From Alkalilimnicola ehrlichii MLHE-1 (GTDB taxonomy: Bacteria; Pseudomonadota; Gammaproteobacteria; Nitrococcales; Halorhodospiraceae), in NCBI RefSeq assembly GCF_000014785.1, contig NC_008340.1, positions 3,030,001 through 3,062,000 on the forward strand: a stretch of DNA of 32,000 nt, in the 5' to 3' direction. This document shows, piece by piece, positions 9,469-18,321 of this stretch (within the stretch, counting starts at the first letter, position 1; every line of letters starts with the position of its first letter). The notes under the pieces were generated by a model. That model saw nothing but the letters and a program-made list of their open reading frames with translations. It searched no databases and had not been told where the DNA came from. Made by a program: the position numbers and the translations under genes.

Positions 9469-12400
9469 TCAGGCCGTGCCCCCCTGCCGTTGCCAGGCCG
9501 AAAGCCACTCCAGCAGTGACCCTGCTGGCATCGGGCGCCCGATCCCGTATCCCTGGGCCTGCTCGCAGCCCAACTCCAACAACCGCTCACCCTGCTCCGG
9601 TGTCTCCACGCCCTCGGCGATGAGCTGAAGGTCAAAGACCTGGGTCAGGCGCACGATGCCCTCAAGCAGGGCCAGGTCGTCGGCATCCTCGAGCATATCC
9701 CGCACAAAACTGCGATCGATCTTCACGATGCGCACCGGGATCCGCTTGAGATACGAAAGCGAGGCGTAGCCAGTGCCGAAGTCATCCAATGAGAAATCCA
9801 CACCCAGCGCTGCGCACCCCTGAATGACCCGGGAGACATGGTCCAGGCTGGCCAGTGCGCTGGACTCAAGGATCTCCAACTCCAGGCTGTTCCGCGGCAG
9901 GCCGGGGTGGCGCGCCAACAACTCACGGATCTGATCCACGAAATCGGCCTGCTGCAAATGCAGGGCCGGCACATTGACGCTGACCGGCAGGTGGACCCCC
10001 TGCTCGCTCCAGGTCTCGACCTGCTCCAAGGCCCGGGCCATAACCCATCGACTGACCGCCACCTCCAGGGGTTGTCCGTTCAGGTCGTCCAGGAAGGCAG
10101 CCGGGGGCAGCAGCCCGCGCTCCGGATGCTGCCAGCGGATCAGCGCCTCCGCGCCCACCACCTCCCGGGTCCGCAGGTTCACCTTGGGCTGGTAGTGAAG
10201 CACGAACTCACCCCTCGCCAGGGCAAGCTCCAGGCGCGTAAGGCTCTCGTGCTGATCGCGCAATTGGCGGTCGCCGGCAACATCGAAGACATGGTGGCGA
10301 TTCTTGCCCTGCAACTTGGCCTGATACATGGCCTGATCCGCCTGGCGCAGCAGTTGCTCGGCATCCACCTCCTCGTCCTGGGGATAATGCGCCACACCTA
10401 TGCTGGCGGAGGTCTGCAGCGCAACGCCCTCAATCGTTATCGGGCGGGCGACTGCGTCCAGCACTCGGGCCGCCATCCGGTGGCATTCGGCGACACTGCC
10501 CAGATTGACGAAGACCATCGCAAACTCATCCCCGCTCAGGCGCGAGGCGGTGTCCCCTTCCCGACGCGCCGCACTGAGACGGCTCGCAAGCTCCAGCAAC
10601 ACCTGATCCCCCACCCGGTGGCCATGCACGTCATTGATGGTCTTGAAATCATCCAGGTCCACGTAGGCGACACAGACCCGACGCTGCTCCCGCTGAGCCA
10701 GCTGCATGGCCTTGCGCAGACGGTCAAGCAACAGCACGCGGTTGGGCAGCTCGGTGAGCGGGTCGTAATGGGTCAGAAACTCCAGCTTCCGCTGGTAGGC
10801 CTTCATATCGGTGATGTCCGACAACAGCCCCACGTAATTGATCAGGCGACCGGACTCATCGCGCACGGCGCTGATGGTGATCAACTGGAGATAGAGCTCT
10901 CCGCTCTTGCGCCGGTTCCAGAGCTCGCCCTGCCAATGATCGTGCTCATCCAGGACGCGCCAAAGCTCCTGGAAAAACTCCGGCCCGTGCCGCCCCGATG
11001 CCAGCAGCTTGGGGTCGCGGCCCTCGACCTCATCCTGGTGGTAGCCGGTGATGCGGGTGAAAGCCTGGTTCACCATCAGGATGCGGGCCTGGGGATCAGT
11101 AATGAGGATCCCCTCGTTAGCACTGGTGAACACGCTGGCTGCCAGCTTCAACCGTGCCCTCGCCCGCCTGCGCTCGGTGATGTCGCGAAACAGGGTGACC
11201 GATCCAGCCCAATGCCCCCCCTGGTAGAGCGGGCGGCTGGAGACTTCCACCGGGATCTCGCTGCCGTCCCGCCGGCGGAACGTCTCCTCACCTTCAAAAT
11301 AGCGGCCGGCCGCCACGCGCCGTTCGAGCGGACACTGCCCCGACCCCGCCAGGCCATCGTCGTCGTGTTGGTGAAACAGGGCGTGAGCGCGCCGCCCAAG
11401 GACGTCCTCCTCGCGGTAACCCAGCAGGTCCCTGCCGACGGGATTGATAAAGGTGAGCCGGCCCTTCTTGTCCTGGGCGTACAGACCATCGGCCATCGTG
11501 TCGGTGATCGCCTGCTGGTACGCCCGCTCGCCACGCAGCACCTCGCGCGAGTGCAACACCCGCAGCAACAGCATCAGCACCGCGCCCAGCAACAGCGTTG
11601 CCACCAGCGCGGCCCGTATGAAATCCCACCGAAACATCCGGGAAAAAGGATCCGGCGCAAATGACACCACGTAGGCCACCAGCTCGCCGGCGGGGTCGTG
11701 GATGGGCAGCAGGACAGCGGCCCAGGTCTGTCCGGCAAAATCCAACGGGACAACGTCCGCTGCGCCGGCATCAATGGTGGCCCTTACGCCCCGCATGCCG
11801 CCCAGCTTGTCGCTGATGGCGAGCACCTCTGCGGACGGTGGCGGTGGCGAATCGGGTAGCCGCAACCCGGCGTCCTCCACCACGAACCCCGGATGCAGAG
11901 GAGCGGGCTCGTAGAGTGCCAGGAACCCCGGCGGAACCCTCTCCTCGACCCTCTCGCGGCGCAGCATGAGTTGAAACTCATGCCCCTGATCCAACCGATC
12001 CATCATCTCCCGCACGTAGCGGAAGGGGATACTGAACTCCACGCTGCCGAGAAACTCATCGCCGTCGAACAGCGGGTAGACATACCGGAAGCCGGAGAGC
12101 GAGCGGCCGGTCTCGAAGCCCGATGCAGGCCGACGGGTCTGGTGGACCTGGCGCACCAATGGCCGGGTGGTCAGCAGATCGTCACCGTAATACTCCGGTG
12201 CGAAGAACCGCAGAAAGCTCCTGCCGTCCGCGGTGTGCAGGTGCAGCTCGCGCAGTTCCCCGTCATGCAGCCGCTGATACGTGGGCCAGAGCGCCCGGTA
12301 GAGACGTCCCCGAACCACGGCCTGCGCCTGGGCGTCGGAGGTCTCTTGTCCGACACGCATCAGGTCCAGCACTTCGGGGCGCGCCACCGCCTCGTCGAGA

Positions 12401-12579
12401 TAGGCCTGCGCTGCCAACTGAAAGGTGTTCACCGTGGACTGGTAGGCAATCTCGAGCGCGCCCTGCTGGCGCTCGTGGTGCAACTCGACCTTATCCTGCC
12501 AGTTACCGTAAAGGGCCAGCAGGACCAGCCCCCAGACCATGACAGAGCCGCCCCAGACCAGACGCCGGTTAATCCTCAT
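9469..12579 (-). CDS. Membrane sensor with periplasmic region, two PAS domains, GGDEF and EAL domains
   Basis: N-terminal TM helix; PAS segments (MADGLYAQDKKGRLTFINPVG; SANEGILITDPQARILMVNQAFTRITGY); GGDEF region RREGDTASRLSGDEFAMVF with I-site RxxD; EAL region VGAEALIRWQHPERG, DDFGTGYASLSYLKRIPVRIVKIDRSFV, AEGVETPEQ. Confidence 0.95.
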   Translation of the reverse strand: MRINRRLVWGGSVMVWGLVLLALYGNWQDKVELHHERQQGALEIAYQSTVNTFQLAAQAYLDEAVARPEVLDLMRVGQETSDAQAQAVVRGRLYRALWPTYQRLHDGELRELHLHTADGRSFLRFFAPEYYGDDLLTTRPLVRQVHQTRRPASGFETGRSLSGFRYVYPLFDGDEFLGSVEFSIPFRYVREMMDRLDQGHEFQLMLRRERVEERVPPGFLALYEPAPLHPGFVVEDAGLRLPDSPPPPSAEVLAISDKLGGMRGVRATIDAGAADVVPLDFAGQTWAAVLLPIHDPAGELVAYVVSFAPDPFSRMFRWDFIRAALVATLLLGAVLMLLLRVLHSREVLRGERAYQQAITDTMADGLYAQDKKGRLTFINPVGRDLLGYREEDVLGRRAHALFHQHDDDGLAGSGQCPLERRVAAGRYFEGEETFRRRDGSEIPVEVSSRPLYQGGHWAGSVTLFRDITERRRARARLKLAASVFTSANEGILITDPQARILMVNQAFTRITGYHQDEVEGRDPKLLASGRHGPEFFQELWRVLDEHDHWQGELWNRRKSGELYLQLITISAVRDESGRLINYVGLLSDITDMKAYQRKLEFLTHYDPLTELPNRVLLLDRLRKAMQLAQREQRRVCVAYVDLDDFKTINDVHGHRVGDQVLLELASRLSAARREGDTASRLSGDEFAMVFVNLGSVAECHRMAARVLDAVARPITIEGVALQTSASIGVAHYPQDEEVDAEQLLRQADQAMYQAKLQGKNRHHVFDVAGDRQLRDQHESLTRLELALARGEFVLHYQPKVNLRTREVVGAEALIRWQHPERGLLPPAAFLDDLNGQPLEVAVSRWVMARALEQVETWSEQGVHLPVSVNVPALHLQQADFVDQIRELLARHPGLPRNSLELEILESSALASLDHVSRVIQGCAALGVDFSLDDFGTGYASLSYLKRIPVRIVKIDRSFVRDMLEDADDLALLEGIVRLTQVFDLQLIAEGVETPEQGERLLELGCEQAQGYGIGRPMPAGSLLEWLSAWQRQGGTA

Positions 12580-13492
12580 GCTGGCTTCGGTTACCCCCCA
12601 CACCGCCAAGGCCCCAGTCCTCACGCCCCTGCCCCGGGATCGGCACCTCGTCCCGCAGGCGGCGCACCGGCTCGTAATCCTCATCACTCACGGTCTCCAC
12701 CCCGTGGCGCAGCGGCTCACCCCATTCCGTCACCAGCTCGGCGTCCTCGGGCCGCTCACCGGGGTGCACTGACATCAGTGCCCCTCGCAACCCGGCTTGC
12801 AGTTCCGGCGTCACCGTCCTGGCGTTGGCCACCAATGCAAAACCGGGCAGTGGCCCGGTCTCGGCCACCCGCACCAAGCCCAGGTGTTCGTAGCGCCGGG
12901 CGATGTGGGTCTTCATCCCGCCGGCCTGGTAATCGCCCCGAACCACCGCCAGCGCCACCTCATCGTGGCGCCCCAGGTAATCATAACGGGTGTGCTCCAG
13001 GCGGACGCCGGCCGGGCGCAGCAGCGCCTTTACGGCCAGATAGCCACAGGTGGAGAGCGGCTGGGTGAGCGCCACTGATTGCCCGGCCAGCGCACCAAGC
13101 GGCTGCCGGTCGTCGGCAAACATGACCACAGAACAGGTGTAGTGCGCCTGCCCATCCGGTTCGCGGAACACCACTAGCGGCTCAACCGCGTCATCACGGT
13201 CCCGCAACTCCACATAGGGCAGCGGCCCGAGGTAGGCCAGGTCCACCTCACCGGACCGGAATTTCTCAAGGATCTCGCCATAATCGGTGCTGTAGTCGAT
13301 CTCGAATCGCACCCCCAGCCGCGCCTCCAGGAACGCGAGCAGGGGCCTGAACTCGCGCACCACCGCCTCGGCATCCTGCATGGGTAACGGAGCGAAGCGC
13401 AGCACCTGCATCTGCGCCTGCGCAGGGCCGGCGAGGATAAGCCAGGCCAAACCGACCACCGCGACGCGCCTTATAAACCTAACTAGTAACAT
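12569..13492 (-). CDS. PhnD-like phosphate/phosphonate-type periplasmic binding protein
   Basis: Signal peptide then LRFAPLPMQDAEAVVREFRPLLAFLEARLGVRFEIDYSTDYGEILEKFRSGEVDLAYLGPLPYVELRD, typical of PhnD/SBP type 3 proteins. 3' end overlaps the sensor start by 11 nt. Confidence 0.88.
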   Translation of the reverse strand: MLLVRFIRRVAVVGLAWLILAGPAQAQMQVLRFAPLPMQDAEAVVREFRPLLAFLEARLGVRFEIDYSTDYGEILEKFRSGEVDLAYLGPLPYVELRDRDDAVEPLVVFREPDGQAHYTCSVVMFADDRQPLGALAGQSVALTQPLSTCGYLAVKALLRPAGVRLEHTRYDYLGRHDEVALAVVRGDYQAGGMKTHIARRYEHLGLVRVAETGPLPGFALVANARTVTPELQAGLRGALMSVHPGERPEDAELVTEWGEPLRHGVETVSDEDYEPVRRLRDEVPIPGQGREDWGLGGVGGNRSQHED

Positions 13493-13583
13493 GGGAGCAA
13501 GCCTAACAGGGGGACCATGCAGGCGACAGGCTTACCGCGTCACCCTCGGTCGCGATTGACCGGGGCGGCCTGACCCAGCGGCA

Positions 13584-14120
13584 TCACGAGTTGGCACCGT
13601 CGGGGCGGTGGCCCGGGCGACGGCCGAAAAGCGCCGGCAGGGCGCATGCGGAGCGCAGGGTCAACTCACCCAACAGGGCGGCGAGCACGCCCAGGGCGGC
13701 GCCGAAGCCAATGGCAACAGGACTGAGCCGGATCACATAGGCATAGGCCGTCCAGGTCTGTTCGCGCACATCGGCCACCGGCGCGACCAACGCCTGCCAA
13801 TAGGCTTGCAGCGGACTGGACTGGTAGGCGGCCAACGCCTCGGCCAGCGCCCGGTGACGATCGTAAAGGCTCTGGAGGCTGGCGCCGCCATCATGAAAGA
13901 CCGGGTCGCTACTGCGCCGGTAATGTTCGATCAGGCGCGCCATGTCGCCCTCGAAATAGCGCTCGGCGTCCTGCTGGAAGGCGGCCAGGCTGCGCCCGGA
14001 CTCCGCATGGCGGGCCTGCAGGCTCTGTCCGTACTGATCCACGAAGCCGGGGACCTGCACCCCGATGAGGGCGGCGGAGAAAAACAGCAACAGGCGAAGG
14101 TAGTTGGCGAACAGGCTCAT
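13584..14120 (-). CDS. DUF2937-like membrane protein
   Basis: LFFSAALIGVQVPGFVDQYGQSLQARHAESGRSLAAFQQDAERYFEGDMARLIEHYRRSSDPVFHDGGASLQSLYDR; N- and C-terminal hydrophobic segments. Family assigned from memory of its sequence pattern. Confidence 0.65.
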   Translation of the reverse strand: MSLFANYLRLLLFFSAALIGVQVPGFVDQYGQSLQARHAESGRSLAAFQQDAERYFEGDMARLIEHYRRSSDPVFHDGGASLQSLYDRHRALAEALAAYQSSPLQAYWQALVAPVADVREQTWTAYAYVIRLSPVAIGFGAALGVLAALLGELTLRSACALPALFGRRPGHRPDGANS

Positions 14121-14230
14121 GGCGGCGTATCGGAGTTGACCGGTCGCGACGGCGACCCCGGCTCCCAGCATACCACCGACCGGAAGCAAAGAACCCGGCC
14201 GAAGCCGGGTTCTTTGCGGAGACAAAAGAC

Positions 14231-14307
<77 letters not shown>

Positions 14308-14405
14308 GTGAGAGGCAGATTGTAAACGCCAACGCGCCACGAGTCCATGCCCAGGTCGTTCATGCGTATCCGCTCGTCAATTGAAAGGACTCAAGAAACC
14401 ACGCC

Positions 14406-15569
14406 ATGATTGACAGCGACTCGGGGCCAGGGACAGTCGCTCACAAGTGTACGCTATCCACCATGAACTCATCACGGCACGTCACGTATTTCCGCCAGCT
14501 CGGCATGCTCCAACTGGACAGCCGGATCGTCATGCCCTCCCTGCTGCGGTCAGTCCGGCGTATGGTGGAGGCGGATTTCCTGTTCTTTTTCTGGACGAAC
14601 GAGAAGGGTGCTGTACTCGCTGAGTACGAGGATCCCCCAAGCCCGGAGGGCGTCCGCGAGCGCTATTTCGCGAAGTTTCACGACGTCGAACAACCGGGTC
14701 TGCCGCCTTTTTCGACAGCCGCCCGCTTTGGCCCCGAGCTGAGCGTGGTGCCCGACCTCCCGCAACGAGTCCGGCGGCGTTCGGCATTCTGGAACGAGAT
14801 CCTGAACCCTCTGGGAAGCCGCTATCAGTTGGTCATGGTCCTGCGGGAAGGCACACACCCTGAAGGGGTCTTGGTCATGCACCGCTCCGCGCTTACCGGG
14901 CCGTTTTCGCACCAGGAAGCACAGGTGTTACGGGAGATTAGGCCCTATATCACCCAAGGCCTCGGCCACACCCCCCCTTGCCCCGCCACGGGAACGCTTG
15001 GCGCCCCGGCCGGCGGTGACGGGGCAACCCGCATGGTGGAGAACGAGGAAGGCCTTCTGATCCTGGATCGATGGGGCCGATTGCTGAGCCGCTGCGCCAC
15101 GAGCGGTCTGCTGCTCCAGATGATGCAAGGCGCCCGCCTCCCGCAGGCCCGACTACCGGAACAGCTTCCCTCCCCGGTGACCACCATTCACCGGAAGCTG
15201 CTCGATGCAGAAGTGGGGGGAACGCCCTTCCCCCCACTGGTCGTCGTGTCAGCCTGGGGCCGCTTCAGACTGCGTGCGTGCTGGCTGGACGGCGCCGACG
15301 GCGTGCGGGTCGGCATCACCATCCGGCGCGAAATCCCGTTGCGCCTGCGCCTGTGGGAGAGGCTTTACGGCCAGCCGCTCTCCGCCCGGCAGGGCGAGTT
15401 ATGCCTGTGGCTTGCGGACGACCTTTCCTACGCCGAGATCGCCGAGCGCATGGGCATCAGCCGGCACACCGTCGTGGAATACACCCAGACGATCTACCGC
15501 AAACTGGGCGTCTCAGGGAAGGAGGCACTGATCGAAAGGCTGCTGCATCCCCCGCCGACACCCGGCTGA
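14406..15569 (+). CDS. LuxR-family (C-terminal HTH) transcriptional regulator
   Basis: C-terminus LSARQGELCLWLADDLSYAEIAERMGISRHTVVEYTQTIYRKLGVSGKEALIERL is a LuxR HTH. The start could also be ATG 14463. Confidence 0.88.
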   Translation: MIDSDSGPGTVAHKCTLSTMNSSRHVTYFRQLGMLQLDSRIVMPSLLRSVRRMVEADFLFFFWTNEKGAVLAEYEDPPSPEGVRERYFAKFHDVEQPGLPPFSTAARFGPELSVVPDLPQRVRRRSAFWNEILNPLGSRYQLVMVLREGTHPEGVLVMHRSALTGPFSHQEAQVLREIRPYITQGLGHTPPCPATGTLGAPAGGDGATRMVENEEGLLILDRWGRLLSRCATSGLLLQMMQGARLPQARLPEQLPSPVTTIHRKLLDAEVGGTPFPPLVVVSAWGRFRLRACWLDGADGVRVGITIRREIPLRLRLWERLYGQPLSARQGELCLWLADDLSYAEIAERMGISRHTVVEYTQTIYRKLGVSGKEALIERLLHPPPTPG

Positions 15570-15606
15570 CCGGCGCCGACCATTACCTCCCCGCTTCCCG
15601 CCAAAA

Positions 15607-15624
15607 CCCCCTATGCGTAGGGGG
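15607..15624. promoter_or_regulatory. Candidate operator palindrome upstream of first RCC1-repeat gene
   Basis: Perfect 7-bp arms: ccccctatgcgtaggggg, about 83 nt upstream of ATG 15707 and 38 nt after the LuxR stop. Confidence 0.4.
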
Positions 15625-15706
15625 ATCGGACTCTTCGTGGTTAAATTACACTGCTCCTAGTGTGATAAATCCGATCCCGGATGATGCAAACGCTGAGGAG
15701 CTCACC

Positions 15707-18172
15707 ATGCGTCTTATTGCCCCGCCCTTCCGCCTCCTGAGCGTTGGCCTGATCCTCCTCCTCATGGCCCTGCTCACCGCCTGCGGCGGCGGGAGCTCCA
15801 GCACCGACGACACCTCCGAGGACACTTACGCGGTCGGCGGCACCCTCACCGGGCTTGAGCAGGGCCACACCATCACCCTGCAACTGAACGGCGCTAGTGA
15901 CCTGACGCTGGACCACACCGCCAACGACAACCCCTACAGCTTTGCTGTCAAACTGCCCCACGGCAGCGCCTACGAGGTGACCCTCCCCGCCGAACCGCCG
16001 CAGCACCACTGCACCATCCACAACGCCACCGGCACGGTGGATGGCGCAGTGATGAACGTGGATGTCGAGTGCACCGCCTTTCCCGTTCTCGCCGCGGGTG
16101 GTGTGCACACCCTGGCGATGAAGGCTGATGGCACCCTCTGGGCCTGGGGTCAGAACAACGTGGGGCAGCTCGGTCTGGGCGATACCGAAAAGCGCGATAC
16201 ACCGGCGCAGGTGGGCAGTGACACCGACTGGGCCGCGGTGAGCGCAGGGGGTGCCTACACCCTGGCCGTCAAGGACGACGGCACCCTCTGGGCCTGGGGC
16301 GAGAACTACTTCGGCCAGCTCGGCCTGGGCGATACCGACGACCGCCACGCGCCGGAGCAGGTGGGCAGCGACAGCGACTGGGTCGCAGTCAGCGCGGGGC
16401 GGCACCACACCCTGGCCCTCAAGGCCGATGGCACCCTCTGGGCCTGGGGCAGGAATTACTTCGGCCAGCTCGGTCTGGGGGGGACCACCAATCGCAATGC
16501 GCCGGAGCAGGTGGGCAGTCACAGCGACTGGGCCGGAGTGATCGGGGGCGACCGACACAGCCTGGCTGTCAGGGAAGACGGCACCCTCTGGTCCTGGGGT
16601 CAGAACAACGTGGGGCAGCTCGGCCTGGGTGATACCGTTGAGCGCCGAAGGCCGGAGCAGGTGGGCAACGACAGCGACTGGGCCACAGTGAGTGCGGGCT
16701 TGCTTCACACCCTGGCCGTCAAGAACGACGGCACCCTTTGGGCCTGGGGCGGGAACGGCTTCGGCCAGCTCGGCCTGGGCGATACCGACAACCGCGATGC
16801 CCCGGTGCAGGTGGGCAGCGACAACGACTGGGCCGCACTGAACGCGGGCCAGCGCTACAGCCTGGCCGTCAAGAACGATGGCAGCCTATGGTCCTGGGGC
16901 TGGAACGACTTCGGCGAACTCGGCCTGGGCGACACCGACGACCGTCATGCACCGGAGCAGGTGGGCGGCGGCATGGAGTGGGCCGCAGTAACCGCGGGCA
17001 TGTACCACACCCTGGGCGTCAAGGCCGACGGCACCCTCCGGGCCTGGGGCCGGAATGACTTCGGCGAGCTTGGGCTGGGCGTCATGGTGTACATCACCTC
17101 GCCGCTTCAGACTGTCACCGAAGCCGACTGGGCCGCGGCAAGCGCGGGCCAATACCAGACCCAGGCGGTCAAGGCTGACGGCAGCCTCTGGGGCTGGGGC
17201 CGGAACCACTCCGGCCAGCTCGGCCTGGGCGACACCGACGACCGTCATGCACCGGTACAGGTGGGGGGTGACAGCGACTGGACCTCATTGAGTGTGGGCC
17301 GGGAACACACCCTGGCCGTCAAGGCCGATGGCACGCTCTGGGGGTGGGGACAGAACTACAATGGGCAACTGGGCCTGGGTGATACGGACGACCGCAAAAC
17401 CCCGGAGCGGGTGGGTAGCGACAGCGACTGGGCCACAGTGAGTGCGGGCACGGGGTACACCCTGGCGGTCAAGGACGACGGCACGCTCTGGGCCTGGGGC
17501 CGGAACAGCCATGGCCAGCTCGGTCTGGGCGATACCAACAACCGGGATGCGCCGGTACAGGTGGCTAGTGATAACGACTGGGCCGCAGTGAGTGCGGGCA
17601 GTCGGCACACCCTGGCGGTCAAGAACGACGGCACGCTCTGGGCCTGGGGCCGGAACAGTGATGGCCAGCTCGGCCTGGGCGATACCGACAACCGCGATGT
17701 GCCGGAGCAGGTGGGCAGCGACACTGACTGGGCCGCAGTAAGCACCGGCAGTGGCCACACCCTGGCGGTCAAGACCGACGGCACGCTCTGGGCCTGGGGC
17801 CGGAACAGTGATGGCCAGCTCGGTTTGGGCGACACCGACGAGCGCCACGCCCCGGAGCAGGTGGGCGGTGACAGCGACTGGGCTGCAGTGACGGCGGGCT
17901 GGCAACACACCCTGGCCATCAAGAACGACGGAACGCTTTGGGGATGGGGGCTGAACCTCTACGGCCAGCTCGGGCTGGGCGATACCGACGGCCGCCACGC
18001 ACCAATGCAGGTGGGCAGCGACAGTGACTGGGCCACAGTGGCCGCGGGCAGGTACCACACCCTGGCCGTCAAAGACGACGGCACCCTCCGGGCCTGGGGC
18101 CGGAACCGTTTCGGCCAGCTCGGCCAGCGCACCTACCGGTTCGACCAGCCCCAGGAGGTGCCGGGGTGGTAG
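15707..18172 (+). CDS. RCC1-repeat lipoprotein, paralog 1 (821 aa)
   Basis: Lipoprotein signal [26 protein letters not shown]; N-terminal domain to aa 128; 14 repeats of [48 protein letters not shown]. Confidence 0.95.
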   Translation: MRLIAPPFRLLSVGLILLLMALLTACGGGSSSTDDTSEDTYAVGGTLTGLEQGHTITLQLNGASDLTLDHTANDNPYSFAVKLPHGSAYEVTLPAEPPQHHCTIHNATGTVDGAVMNVDVECTAFPVLAAGGVHTLAMKADGTLWAWGQNNVGQLGLGDTEKRDTPAQVGSDTDWAAVSAGGAYTLAVKDDGTLWAWGENYFGQLGLGDTDDRHAPEQVGSDSDWVAVSAGRHHTLALKADGTLWAWGRNYFGQLGLGGTTNRNAPEQVGSHSDWAGVIGGDRHSLAVREDGTLWSWGQNNVGQLGLGDTVERRRPEQVGNDSDWATVSAGLLHTLAVKNDGTLWAWGGNGFGQLGLGDTDNRDAPVQVGSDNDWAALNAGQRYSLAVKNDGSLWSWGWNDFGELGLGDTDDRHAPEQVGGGMEWAAVTAGMYHTLGVKADGTLRAWGRNDFGELGLGVMVYITSPLQTVTEADWAAASAGQYQTQAVKADGSLWGWGRNHSGQLGLGDTDDRHAPVQVGGDSDWTSLSVGREHTLAVKADGTLWGWGQNYNGQLGLGDTDDRKTPERVGSDSDWATVSAGTGYTLAVKDDGTLWAWGRNSHGQLGLGDTNNRDAPVQVASDNDWAAVSAGSRHTLAVKNDGTLWAWGRNSDGQLGLGDTDNRDVPEQVGSDTDWAAVSTGSGHTLAVKTDGTLWAWGRNSDGQLGLGDTDERHAPEQVGGDSDWAAVTAGWQHTLAIKNDGTLWGWGLNLYGQLGLGDTDGRHAPMQVGSDSDWATVAAGRYHTLAVKDDGTLRAWGRNRFGQLGQRTYRFDQPQEVPGW
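16091..18169 (+). repeat. 14 in-frame RCC1-like repeats, exact 150-bp period (last one 129 bp)
   Basis: Manual alignment of the translation gives thirteen 50-aa units plus a terminal 43-aa unit; units 7 and 14 are atypical. Confidence 0.93.
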
Positions 18173-18187
18173 ACACAGGACGAGGGT

Positions 18188-18235
18188 CCTCACCGCTCGG
18201 CCGGGCTGGGCAAACCCCGCCCCCGAGCGGTGAGG
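18188..18235. repeat. Intergenic 13-bp inverted repeat between the two RCC1-repeat genes
   Basis: cctcaccgctcgg (18188-18200) and ccgagcggtgagg (18223-18235), perfect arms, 22-nt loop that can partly pair further. No T-run follows. Confidence 0.75.
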
Positions 18236-18321
18236 CCTCGAGTGAGATAAAACCCCCTGCGCGCCCGTCCCTCCGCGTCACAAAGCAGATCCCGAATGAT
18301 GCAAGCCCTGAGGAGCCCACC

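Noticed and set aside
9838-11664. 608-aa plus-strand ORF
   Set aside because: Antisense shadow of the PAS-GGDEF-EAL gene; the sense strand has clear domain motifs.
15641-18193. Long minus-strand ORFs opposite RCC1-repeat paralog 1 (355 aa at 15641-16708 and 302 aa at 17285-18193)
   Set aside because: They are antisense frames kept open by the strong GC and codon bias and by the 150-bp repetition of the sense gene. The translations are repetitive and low-complexity with no initiation context.
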